Source: Puniceicoccales bacterium (GTDB lineage Bacteria > Verrucomicrobiota > Verrucomicrobiia > Opitutales > JAIRKQ01). From it: DNA of 56,506 nucleotides. Within the stretch, counting starts at the first letter, position 1. Every line of letters begins with the position of its first letter. Shown piece after piece: positions 29,501 through 37,783 of the stretch. The notes beneath the pieces are model-generated. The model saw only the letters and a list, made by a program, of their open reading frames with translations. It ran no database searches and had not been told where the DNA came from. The stretch is from contig JAITAS010000067.1 of the NCBI GenBank assembly GCA_031284015.1, positions 1 to 56,506 on the forward strand. Reading direction: 5' to 3'. Made by a program: the position numbers and the translations under genes.

Positions 29501-31271
29501 CGTAGTGTATGATTAGTCGCAATTCTCTTTCATTTTCAAAAATTCTTTGAGCTTCAGCCCGTATGCGTTTAAAATCGAAAAAAGTGACATACATCATTAA
29601 TATGAACAGCAGGGCGAAAAAGATGGTCTGAACTTTGGACAAAGTTTTATGCAAAGATTTCCATTCCGTAAATCTTTCCAATAGGGCTATGGTGATTATA
29701 CCACCGTCTAATACGGGAAAAGGCAGTAAATTTAAAATTGCCAGATTTACGTTAATCAAAGTAACAAACCACAACAAATAGGGAAGGCTATTCTTGGCAA
29801 ATTCATGTAAAGTTTTTATCAGGCCTACCGGCCCCATCAAGTGTTTTGCTGAAATATTAGAATTTTGACTCAATAGACTATGCAGTGTTTTAAAGGTAAC
29901 GTTTATCGAATCGGCAATTTGTCGAAAAGGTGTTGGTTTGTTAACTACCCATTGAGGTTCAAATACTATGCCGAAAAAATTATCGAATTTTGTATCAGAC
30001 GTACAAACATCGGCAATATGATCTATGAAAAGCTCTTTCTCACCAGATTCCGTTAAAATTTTTAATGAAATTTGTTTGTTACTCCTACAACTATTCTCGA
30101 TTTCGCCCAGGGAAGATGTCCTATGTTCAGCTAAAGCAACAAATTGATCTCCATTTGAAATACCATTTTGCTTTAAAAATTTTTCGTTGCTGCAAAAGAT
30201 TTGTAGGTGTGAAAAATTTTGCCAAAGACCTTTACTCAATGTTGCAACGTTTTCATCCGCCGGTATGAAATCAAGCTGCAAACGTTTTTTCGAGAAAATT
30301 AATCCGCAAAACGGTTTCCTAATGGCCAGCCTTACAATTGGAACATTGACGGTTTGCTTTTCCCCATGACGTTCGACTTCCAGAGCAATAATTTTATTTT
30401 TTTGGGCCATGTCGCGCAATGTTTGTACGTGGAATACGGGAACGCCATTGGCCGATATTATACGGTCTCCTTTTTCAAGTTTTGGCCATTGGTCTTCGGT
30501 TAAACGCCGCAATTCCCTGACAACCAACGTTTGTTTAGGATAGATTCCAATAATCCTAAATGCATCACTTTGTTGCTTGGAATTTGAAATAATTGCCGGA
30601 TGGACTTGCAAGCGTAACTTTACTCCATCTCGTTCCAACTCAACAGTGGATAGGGGCTTTTTATTGCCGTCTTTTTTGTTTCCAAGGATAGTAAATTGTA
30701 TAATCTCATCAAACTTTCTAACCTTATTTCCATCTATGGATAAAATTTTATCATTGGGAAGAATTCCTGCCTCAAATGCTGGTGATTTGATTTGACGCCC
30801 ATCGGGCATGGGTAACATTGGGGCAACATATCCAACGTGGGTTGTTAGTTCCTCTTCCAAGGTTGGGAGTCCGATAAAATGAACAATAATTGCCAAGGCA
30901 AACGCCAATAACATGTTGGCCAATGGACCTGCCAACGCGGTAATAACTTTGTCAAAACAGGTGATCAACTTCATGTCATCCGGCAAATCAAATGTTCCTT
31001 CCATGTCTTCCAAATCAGCCAGCTGCGGAATTGCCACATATCCACCAAAAGGTAACAGAGAAACAACAAATTCCGTTTCCTGTGCTCTGAATCCGAAAAG
31101 TTTTGGACCAAATCCAATGGAAAACTTTGGAACAAATAGGCCTCTATTTTTGGCTACGACGTAATGGCCCAGTTCATGGATTAGGATGGACCCCCCGAAA
31201 AATATTATCACTAATAAAATCGGTACTAAATGGGAGAAAAATGACTCCATTGTTCGGGAAACTATTGCCAA
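29493..31271 (-). CDS. rseP: Site-2 (RIP) zinc metalloprotease RseP with an expanded PDZ region
   Basis: 592 aa. HELGHY zinc motif at the N-terminus, NLLPFPVLDGG near the C-terminus, and a long PDZ-like middle. Overlaps ispG by 8 nt. Confidence 0.88.
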   Translation of the reverse strand: MAIVSRTMESFFSHLVPILLVIIFFGGSILIHELGHYVVAKNRGLFVPKFSIGFGPKLFGFRAQETEFVVSLLPFGGYVAIPQLADLEDMEGTFDLPDDMKLITCFDKVITALAGPLANMLLAFALAIIVHFIGLPTLEEELTTHVGYVAPMLPMPDGRQIKSPAFEAGILPNDKILSIDGNKVRKFDEIIQFTILGNKKDGNKKPLSTVELERDGVKLRLQVHPAIISNSKQQSDAFRIIGIYPKQTLVVRELRRLTEDQWPKLEKGDRIISANGVPVFHVQTLRDMAQKNKIIALEVERHGEKQTVNVPIVRLAIRKPFCGLIFSKKRLQLDFIPADENVATLSKGLWQNFSHLQIFCSNEKFLKQNGISNGDQFVALAEHRTSSLGEIENSCRSNKQISLKILTESGEKELFIDHIADVCTSDTKFDNFFGIVFEPQWVVNKPTPFRQIADSINVTFKTLHSLLSQNSNISAKHLMGPVGLIKTLHEFAKNSLPYLLWFVTLINVNLAILNLLPFPVLDGGIITIALLERFTEWKSLHKTLSKVQTIFFALLFILMMYVTFFDFKRIRAEAQRIFENERELRLIIHYDD

Positions 31272-31751
31272 TCACAGAACAGTCAAGCAAATCAATATTA
31301 TGGTAAAATTTGTATAGACCGCTGCAATGATATCATCGATGACAATACCTATTCCTCCCGAAAGGTTCTGTGATCTTTTAATGCCTAATGGTTTGAAAAT
31401 GTCAAAAATACGAAAGATTACAAAACCAGCCACCCAAATCTTCCACATGGCAATTGTCGCTGGCACGAAATGTTTTATACCCAGGAAACAAAATGGCACT
31501 GCGACGAATTCATCGAGGATGATACAGCTCGCATCTTTTTCTCCAATGGCCCTTTCCGCTATGTCGCAAATTACCATTGCAAACAAAATAAGAGCAATGA
31601 TCACGAAAGTCATAAAAAGAGTTGGCAGATGCTGTACAAGGACAACATAAAATAGCAACCCAAAAAATGATCCAAACGTTCCAGGTATGATTGGAACTTT
31701 CCCAAGGCCAAACAATGTAGATACGCTAACTATAAGATCTTTTAAAATCAT
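31272..31751 (-). CDS. pgpA: Phosphatidylglycerophosphatase A
   Basis: 159 aa. GLGKVPIIPGTFGS motif and a hydrophobic PgpA layout. Confidence 0.85.
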   Translation of the reverse strand: MILKDLIVSVSTLFGLGKVPIIPGTFGSFFGLLFYVVLVQHLPTLFMTFVIIALILFAMVICDIAERAIGEKDASCIILDEFVAVPFCFLGIKHFVPATIAMWKIWVAGFVIFRIFDIFKPLGIKRSQNLSGGIGIVIDDIIAAVYTNFTIILICLTVL

Positions 31752-31811
31752 TCGTAATAAACTGGCGTTTTATTTAAAAATTAAAAGAAGAATATTGCAA
31801 TATGTTTTACT

Positions 31812-32810
31812 TTATCCATTGAATTTCGCAGCTGCGCGTAGTAACCTATCATCAATCGCTATTCCAATGCCTTCCCGAAGGGGCCGCTCACATAAAATTG
31901 TGTCATATTGTGCAGAATCGAGTTGCTGAAGCATAGAAAATAGGTTCTTGGCTATCACATTGGGGTTGCCATCGTCGCTGAACCAAAAAATTTCTTCGAT
32001 GGGAAACTGTAAATTTTTGGCAATTCTACGGAGATTTTTGGGCTTTTGCATGAACAAGATCACCGTCCTTCCCACAGGGTTCTGCGAAAATTTTCGATGG
32101 CCATATTCAAATAGAATCAATCGGGTATTGGTACAATAATGCTGCTTTAGTTGGCCGGGAGTATTCGGACTTTTAGAAACAATCTGCGTATGGTAATCAA
32201 TGACATTTTCTCCCAAAACTTTAGAAATGGCATCTGCGATAATTGCTCCCGGTCTCAAAATTTTAGGAATCGGACAAGTTATATCAACGATTGTCGATTC
32301 TAGTCCAACGGCACATTCACCACCATCAAGCATAATTTTTATCTTGTTACCAATGGTTGCTTTTACTTGCCTGAGGGAGGTTGGGCTAACATATCCAAAT
32401 GGATTGGCACTCGGAGCAGCCAATGGCAAATCGGAGGCGCGTAAAACTTCTCGAAAGAGGGAATGATCTGGACAACGCACCGCAACTGTGTCAAAACCGG
32501 AGGTTACAATATTTGGAATAATTTCTTTCTTGGGGAGAATTATGGTAATAGGACCCGGCCAAAAGGCATCGGTGATTTTTGCGACACGTGTTGAATATTT
32601 TTCGGCGTGGGTATATCGTTTCAACCAAGAGCTATCTAGTACATGTAAAATCAACGGATTATTCAATGGACGCCCTTTAATTATAAAAATTTTTCTAACA
32701 GCTTCGACATCAAGTGCATTTGCAGCAAGGCCATAGACAGTTTCCGTTGGCAATACAACAACACCGCCTCCTTTTAATTCTTGGGATGCAGCGGAAACCT
32801 CGGTATCCAT
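31812..32810 (-). CDS. L-threonylcarbamoyladenylate synthase (Sua5/YwlC type, YrdC plus Sua5 domains)
   Basis: 332 aa. YrdC motif VVLPTETVYGLAANA and SAPSANPFG, plus a C-terminal Sua5 domain. Confidence 0.88.
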   Translation of the reverse strand: MDTEVSAASQELKGGGVVVLPTETVYGLAANALDVEAVRKIFIIKGRPLNNPLILHVLDSSWLKRYTHAEKYSTRVAKITDAFWPGPITIILPKKEIIPNIVTSGFDTVAVRCPDHSLFREVLRASDLPLAAPSANPFGYVSPTSLRQVKATIGNKIKIMLDGGECAVGLESTIVDITCPIPKILRPGAIIADAISKVLGENVIDYHTQIVSKSPNTPGQLKQHYCTNTRLILFEYGHRKFSQNPVGRTVILFMQKPKNLRRIAKNLQFPIEEIFWFSDDGNPNVIAKNLFSMLQQLDSAQYDTILCERPLREGIGIAIDDRLLRAAAKFNG

Positions 32811-32819
32811 CGGAACACT

Positions 32820-33026
32820 TTATTTCATCAATAGCATATTGCGGGCACGTTTAATCATCCGTGTGACATGGCGCTGTTGGCGGGCTGTCAATCCGGTAAA
32901 TTTTCGTGCTAAAATTTTTCCCGTTCCCGTAACGACTGCGGATAATTTCTCAACATCTGTATATTTCAATTCCAAGGGAGAAACATTTTTTATCAATTGC
33001 GAATTTACACTGACTTCATCTTCCAT
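32820..33026 (-). CDS. rpsR: 30S ribosomal protein S18
   Basis: 68 aa. S18 core (GKILARKFTGLTARQQRHVTRMIKRARNMLLM). Stand-alone, without adjacent rpsF or rplI. Confidence 0.85.
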   Translation of the reverse strand: MEDEVSVNSQLIKNVSPLELKYTDVEKLSAVVTGTGKILARKFTGLTARQQRHVTRMIKRARNMLLMK

Positions 33027-33147
33027 TTGGAGGAAAAAATGTTAAAAATTGATGTTTTGCAAGATAAAAATTAAAAATGAACTTCATAGAACGCTGTACA
33101 CCAATCCGGGGAGTCATTTGTTATGGCGAGAAAGCTGAAAAGAAAAA

Positions 33148-34152
33148 TTAACGCTGTGGAAAAGGAAAGGAAGGTAGTCTTGGCAAAAACATTAGTTGAT
33201 CACCTACATGGTTCCTTGAAGTCACCGAGGTCATTTGACGAGTATTATTGGTGGGGTGACGCTCTGATGAAGGCGTTTTTTTATAAATTGAAAATATGGT
33301 ATCTGCCATTTTGGAAGGAGTCTCTATGATTGCAGCACCGGCATCGCGGAAGGCTGCCAGTTTGCTTTCAGCGGTCCCTTTTTTGTCAGAAATTATTGCA
33401 CCTGCATGACCCATACGTCGACCTTTTGGTGCAGTTATTCCGGCAATAAACGCGGCAACCGGTTTTTTGACGTATTGTTTTATATATGCAGCTGCAGCTT
33501 CTTCGGAACTTCCTCCAATTTCTCCGACCATTATAATAGCTTCAGTTTCCGGATCGGAGTTAAACATTTTTATTATGTCCAAGTAGGTTGTTCCAATGAT
33601 TTGATCGCCCCCGATACCAACACACGTCGATTGACCACTACCACGTTGGGTTACCTGCCAAACGGCTTCATAGGTAAGGGTTCCTGACCGTGAAACAATT
33701 CCGATAGGACCCGGCCTATGAATGTAAGCCGGCATGATTCCGATTTTACACCGTTGGCCGGGTGAAATTATTCCAGGACAGTTTGGACCGATGAGCCGGG
33801 AATGGGAATGTTCCAATTTTGCGTTTACCCTAACCATGTCGAGTACAGGGATCCCCTCCGTTATGCACACTATGAGCTTTAAATTTGCCTCGATGCATTC
33901 CATAATTGATGCGGCTGCAGATATGGGAGGCACAAAAATCAAAGCCGTATCGGCTCCTTCATGGATTACGCTTTCTTGGACGGAATTAAAAACAGGGATA
34001 TTATTTTCCGTTAGCCGACCACCCTTCCCTGGAGTAACCCCTGCGACTATCTTTGTTCCAAATGCCAAACATTGATTTGAATGAAATATTCCGGTTTTGC
34101 CAGTGATTCCACAAACCACAACACGTGTTTCCTTATTGACCAGAATGCTCAT
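33148..34152 (-). CDS. sucD: Succinyl-CoA synthetase alpha subunit
   Basis: CoA-binding [16 protein letters not shown], catalytic GHAGAI. Start set at MSILVNK (34152), 20 nt after the sucC stop; the ORF track extends to 34221. About 45 extra C-terminal residues relative to typical SucD. Confidence 0.9.
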   Translation of the reverse strand: MSILVNKETRVVVCGITGKTGIFHSNQCLAFGTKIVAGVTPGKGGRLTENNIPVFNSVQESVIHEGADTALIFVPPISAAASIMECIEANLKLIVCITEGIPVLDMVRVNAKLEHSHSRLIGPNCPGIISPGQRCKIGIMPAYIHRPGPIGIVSRSGTLTYEAVWQVTQRGSGQSTCVGIGGDQIIGTTYLDIIKMFNSDPETEAIIMVGEIGGSSEEAAAAYIKQYVKKPVAAFIAGITAPKGRRMGHAGAIISDKKGTAESKLAAFRDAGAAIIETPSKMADTIFSIYKKTPSSERHPTNNTRQMTSVTSRNHVGDQLMFLPRLPSFPFPQR

Positions 34153-34171
34153 TGGTTGAATATCAGATTGA

Positions 34172-35359
34172 TTATTGTTTGGATAAGTCAACGATTTGCT
34201 TTGCGGCATCGTCGAGATCATTTGCCAGAGTGATTTTTAGACTACTTTTTTTTAACACTTCTTTCCCTTCCGCAACATTTGTCCCTTCAAAACGGACAAC
34301 TAATGGAAGAGATAATAGTGTTGCCTGCACGGCATTGACGATTCCTTGCGCCACCACATCACATTTTACAATTCCTCCAAAAATATTAACAAGAATTCCC
34401 CTAATATTTGGATTCTTTAAAATTATTTCGAAGGCATGGGTAATTTGCTCTTCATTCGCTCCTCCTCCAATATCCAAAAAATTTGCAGGATGCCCTCCGT
34501 AGTATTTTATTAGGTCCATTGTTGCCATGGCGAGACCGGCCCCATTTACCAAACATGCGATGTCACCATCTAGGGAGATATAATTTAAGTTATACCTCAA
34601 TGCATCTACTTCCTGCGGATTTTCTTCGTTGGTATCACGCAATTCAACTACGTCTGGGTGGCGTATGAGTCCATTGTCGTCGAAATTTATTTTCGAATCA
34701 ATTGCTAAAAAATGACCACTCTTTGTTAAAACAAGAGGATTAATCTCTATTAGAGAACAGTCTTTAGTCACAAACAATGCGTATAGTTTTAACAATAGAT
34801 CTGATAATTCTTGGCTTTGTTCCGTTGTCAACCCTATGCCATGCGTCAGTTTTTCTACTTGACTAACTTCTAACCCAATCGCAGATTCGATAATTATTTT
34901 ATGTAATTTTTCCGGCGATCTGTCGGCTATCATCTCTATGTTAACGCCTCCTTCCGTCGAAAATATTAGTACAGGCCTTCGAAGGTCTCTATCAACCAGT
35001 ATTGCGACATAGTATTCCAGCGAAAATTCTACGAACTCTACCAAATATACTTTGCTTACAATTTTCCCGTCATTTTCAGTTTGCTCGGTTACCAATGTAT
35101 TTCCAAGCATATTCCTGACGATGTTAATAGCTTCTTCCCTGGAGTTGGCAAATTTTACGCCTCCGTAGCCGAAGTCATTTTTAAAATATCCAGATCCTCT
35201 TCCCCCTGCATGGATTTGTGCCTTAATGCAAATTTTATCCAAATGCAGTGGTTGTATGATGGACTGATAATCATCTTCCAAAGCTACTACTACGCCAAAT
35301 GGTACAGGTATTTTAAACTCCCTAAATAGATTTTGAGCTTGGTATTCGTGAATATTCAT
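34172..35359 (-). CDS. sucC: Succinyl-CoA synthetase beta subunit
   Basis: 395 aa. ATP-grasp N-terminus [15 protein letters not shown], and the ligase-CoA domain ([21 protein letters not shown]). Confidence 0.95.
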   Translation of the reverse strand: MNIHEYQAQNLFREFKIPVPFGVVVALEDDYQSIIQPLHLDKICIKAQIHAGGRGSGYFKNDFGYGGVKFANSREEAINIVRNMLGNTLVTEQTENDGKIVSKVYLVEFVEFSLEYYVAILVDRDLRRPVLIFSTEGGVNIEMIADRSPEKLHKIIIESAIGLEVSQVEKLTHGIGLTTEQSQELSDLLLKLYALFVTKDCSLIEINPLVLTKSGHFLAIDSKINFDDNGLIRHPDVVELRDTNEENPQEVDALRYNLNYISLDGDIACLVNGAGLAMATMDLIKYYGGHPANFLDIGGGANEEQITHAFEIILKNPNIRGILVNIFGGIVKCDVVAQGIVNAVQATLLSLPLVVRFEGTNVAEGKEVLKKSSLKITLANDLDDAAKQIVDLSKQ

Positions 35360-35575
35360 AAACCATCCGTTAGCAATATGATGGCATTTTTATGCTGCAC
35401 AATATTTTTTCTACCACAAAATATTTTGTTTTCTATACCTGGTTCAGAAAATTTGCTTTTATCTGGGGATTTGTGTGAATTTTTTGCGAAAAAATGTTTT
35501 TTTTGAAAGAAAAACGTTTATTTTGTTGACTTTTTTAAATTCTCATATTAGAGGGTAGTCGATTTTACAATTTAA

Positions 35576-36358
35576 ATGAATACAAATACTCCTCTAGTTG
35601 TGTTGTCGGAAGATGATGTAAAACTGGCAGAAATTTTGCAAAAACAAATAGAGATTTCTGGCATGGACGTCCGAACATTTTATAATGGCTTAGGAACCGT
35701 TGAATTTTTGCAAAAGGAAGCGGCTAGCATATTACTTCTCGACATTAATTTGCCCGATATTGATGGTTTTGACGTTATAAAGCAACTACAAGAAAGTCGT
35801 GTAGAGATTCCGGTAGTTTTTTTAACGGCCTTTTCAGATGAATATTATAAGCTCAAAGGTTTTGATGCGGGGGCCGAAGATTTTATAACAAAACCGTTTA
35901 GTTTTACGGAATTAATTGCGAGAATAAAAGTTGTGTTGCGAAGGACGTATGGCAGAGACAGGGATAATGTTTCGAGCAATGCTACGCTATGTGACGATGA
36001 TTTCGAATTCTGCGGATCAGTAGTAAAACCATCTTTGATGCAAATAATTTTCAAAAATGGTAATGCTGTTCCGATAAGACGAAAAGAGCTAGGAATTTTA
36101 AAACATTTTGCTTCCAATGAAAACACAATCTTAAGTAGACGTAACCTTATTCACAACGTCTGGGGAAAATACGCCAACATTAGGAGTCGGTCTTTGGATC
36201 AATACATCGTTAAGGTTCGCCAGTTGCTGAAAGAAAACGGATCCGATGCTAATGCTTTGCGTACCTTGCATGGAATAGGATACATTTACACAACAAAATC
36301 AGGCATTCCTGATATGACTCGTCGGGAATATGCGGATGCCTTCGATGTAATGCTTTGA
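35576..36358 (+). CDS. OmpR/PhoB-family response regulator (orphan)
   Basis: 260 aa. The receiver domain has the acidic pocket (SEDD), phospho-acceptor Asp (LLLDINLPDIDG), T (FLTA) and K (TKPF). Winged-helix output domain (RSLDQYIVKVRQ...LHGIGYIY). No kinase gene nearby. Confidence 0.88.
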   Translation: MNTNTPLVVLSEDDVKLAEILQKQIEISGMDVRTFYNGLGTVEFLQKEAASILLLDINLPDIDGFDVIKQLQESRVEIPVVFLTAFSDEYYKLKGFDAGAEDFITKPFSFTELIARIKVVLRRTYGRDRDNVSSNATLCDDDFEFCGSVVKPSLMQIIFKNGNAVPIRRKELGILKHFASNENTILSRRNLIHNVWGKYANIRSRSLDQYIVKVRQLLKENGSDANALRTLHGIGYIYTTKSGIPDMTRREYADAFDVML

Positions 36359-36457
36359 TTTATCGGTACAAAGAGTGGAAAGCATTGAAATCTTCAATAA
36401 AATTGCAAAAATTATTTGACAAAGCTCAATTCGGCTTTAGCTTGCGTAATTGTTATC

Positions 36458-36895
36458 ATGAGTACAACTTTGGCAACAGCGAAGGATATTGAAAATAAAC
36501 GGTGGTTATTATTGGATGCCAACGGAAAGGTTTTGGGTCGTTTGGCTGTCAAGATTGCTAATATTTTGCGTGGGCGTGACAAGCCTCTATATACTCCCCA
36601 TATGGATACTGGAGATTTTGTGATCGTTATTAATGCCGAAAAAGTTAGATTAACGGGCAATAAAAATAACAATAAAGAGTATATGTTTTATTCGGGATAC
36701 CAAGGTGGAGAAAAATATGTTCCCGTTTCTCGCATGAGGGAAAAAAGGTCTGAATTCTTGATAGAGAACGCAGTAAGAGGGATGTTGCCCAAAAATAAGC
36801 TTTCGAGGAAGCTAATAACCAAATTGAAGGTATACAAAGGAGACAAGCATTTACACGCATCGCAGCAGCCTGTTGTCGTTAATATTAATGAATAA
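36458..36895 (+). CDS. rplM: 50S ribosomal protein L13
   Basis: L13 core (KRWLLLDANGKVLGRLAVKIANILRGRDKPLYTPHMDTGDFVIVINAEKV). ATG 36458 is preferred over the TTG at 36416 from the ORF track. Confidence 0.93.
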   Translation: MSTTLATAKDIENKRWLLLDANGKVLGRLAVKIANILRGRDKPLYTPHMDTGDFVIVINAEKVRLTGNKNNNKEYMFYSGYQGGEKYVPVSRMREKRSEFLIENAVRGMLPKNKLSRKLITKLKVYKGDKHLHASQQPVVVNINE

Positions 36896-36907
36896 AAACT
36901 TTATAAA

Positions 36908-37309
36908 ATGATACCTAAGAAAGCAATTACATATTGTGGTACAGGACGGAGAAAGTGTGCCGTTGCATGTGTTAAAATTTGCGCAGGAACTGGAAAATTT
37001 TGTATAAATGGAAAGGGCATTGCTGAGTTTTGTTCCCTTGACGATGTAGAACGAAAGCTTTTTGCTCCTTTAGTGCTAACCGATAATGTTGAGAAGGTTG
37101 ACGTTTTTGTAAAAGCATCGGGGGGAGGAATAATTGGACAGGTAGGAGCGATATCATTGGGACTTTCCCGAGCCCTTGAAAAAATGAATTCCGAATTGCG
37201 AACGGTGTTAAAAGAGGAGGGGCTTCTTACTCGCGATAGCCGGATAAAGGAACGTAAAAAGCCTGGACAGCCGGGGGCAAGGAAGCGGTTCCAATTTTCC
37301 AAGAGGTAG
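36908..37309 (+). CDS. rpsI: 30S ribosomal protein S9
   Basis: 133 aa. GTGRRK N-terminal motif and a C-terminal RDSRIKERKKPGQPGARKRFQFSKR. Confidence 0.96.
   Translation: MIPKKAITYCGTGRRKCAVACVKICAGTGKFCINGKGIAEFCSLDDVERKLFAPLVLTDNVEKVDVFVKASGGGIIGQVGAISLGLSRALEKMNSELRTVLKEEGLLTRDSRIKERKKPGQPGARKRFQFSKR
37182..37227 (+). repeat. Direct repeat copy 1 (inside the rpsI 3' part)
   Basis: 46 nt. The first 32 nt (aaatgaattccgaattgcgaacggtgttaaaa) are identical to 37338-37369. Overall 43/46 identity to copy 2 at an offset of 156 nt. Confidence 0.9.
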
Positions 37310-37337
37310 AATTATGGAAGTTTTACCATACTGTGGG

Positions 37338-37383
37338 AAATGAATTCCGAATTGCGAACGGTGTTAAAAAAGGAAGGTCTTCT
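37338..37383 (+). repeat. Direct repeat copy 2 (28 nt downstream of the rpsI stop)
   Basis: Duplicate of the rpsI codons for MNSELRTVLKEEGLL. It creates an 18-codon mini-ORF (37340-37396) whose TGA overlaps the ATG at 37393. Confidence 0.9.
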
Positions 37384-37392
37384 GTATTGGAA

Positions 37393-37741
37393 ATGACCAT
37401 TGAAGGTAGTGCATTTTTCGAAGCGCTTGAATGGCTAATTCGTGAACATGGGATTACGGTTGACCGCCCCAAAGGCCATGTCTCACCAGCGCTTTCCAGA
37501 GTTAATTTATCCCATAGACTATGGATTTATCAACAACACGCAATCGCAAGATGGGGAAGGTATTGATGTTTTTATTGGGGATGGTGATAGCATTGATGTC
37601 GTTGGAATCGTTTGTTCCGTTGACACCCACAAAAAGGATTGTAAAGTAAAAGTATTATATAATTGCACGGAAGAAAACATCCGAACAGCACTGAAAATGA
37701 TGAACAATGGCCCAATGCGAGGGATTTTGATAAGAAGGTGA
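37393..37741 (+). pseudogene. Frameshifted small pyrophosphatase-like gene (DRPKG...YPxDYGF...DGxxxDV motif family)
   Basis: Frame 1 gives MTIEGSAFFEALEWLIREHGITVDRPKG. Frame 2 continues (M)SHQRFPELIYPIDYGFINNTQSQDGEGIDVFIGDG... One extra nucleotide near 37475-37480 separates the two frames. Confidence 0.6.
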
Positions 37742-37783
37742 AATATCTCTGTCAAAAATAAAATTTTTGCCAAAGCTAAAATT

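Noticed and set aside
33148-33285. About 45 extra C-terminal residues on SucD (…[44 protein letters not shown]).
   Set aside because: Probably read-through after loss of the ancestral stop codon. The residues are low-complexity with no domain signal. Noted in the feature evidence but not promoted to a finding.
34153-34221. A 23-codon N-terminal extension of sucD overlapping the end of sucC.
   Set aside because: Canonical SucD begins at the [17 protein letters not shown] sequence. The extension has no conservation features and overlaps sucC by 50 nt.
35360-35575. Candidate sigma-70 promoter for the response regulator (TTGACT at about 35527).
   Set aside because: No acceptable -10 hexamer at 16-18 nt spacing. 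In AT-rich spacers such hexamers occur by chance.
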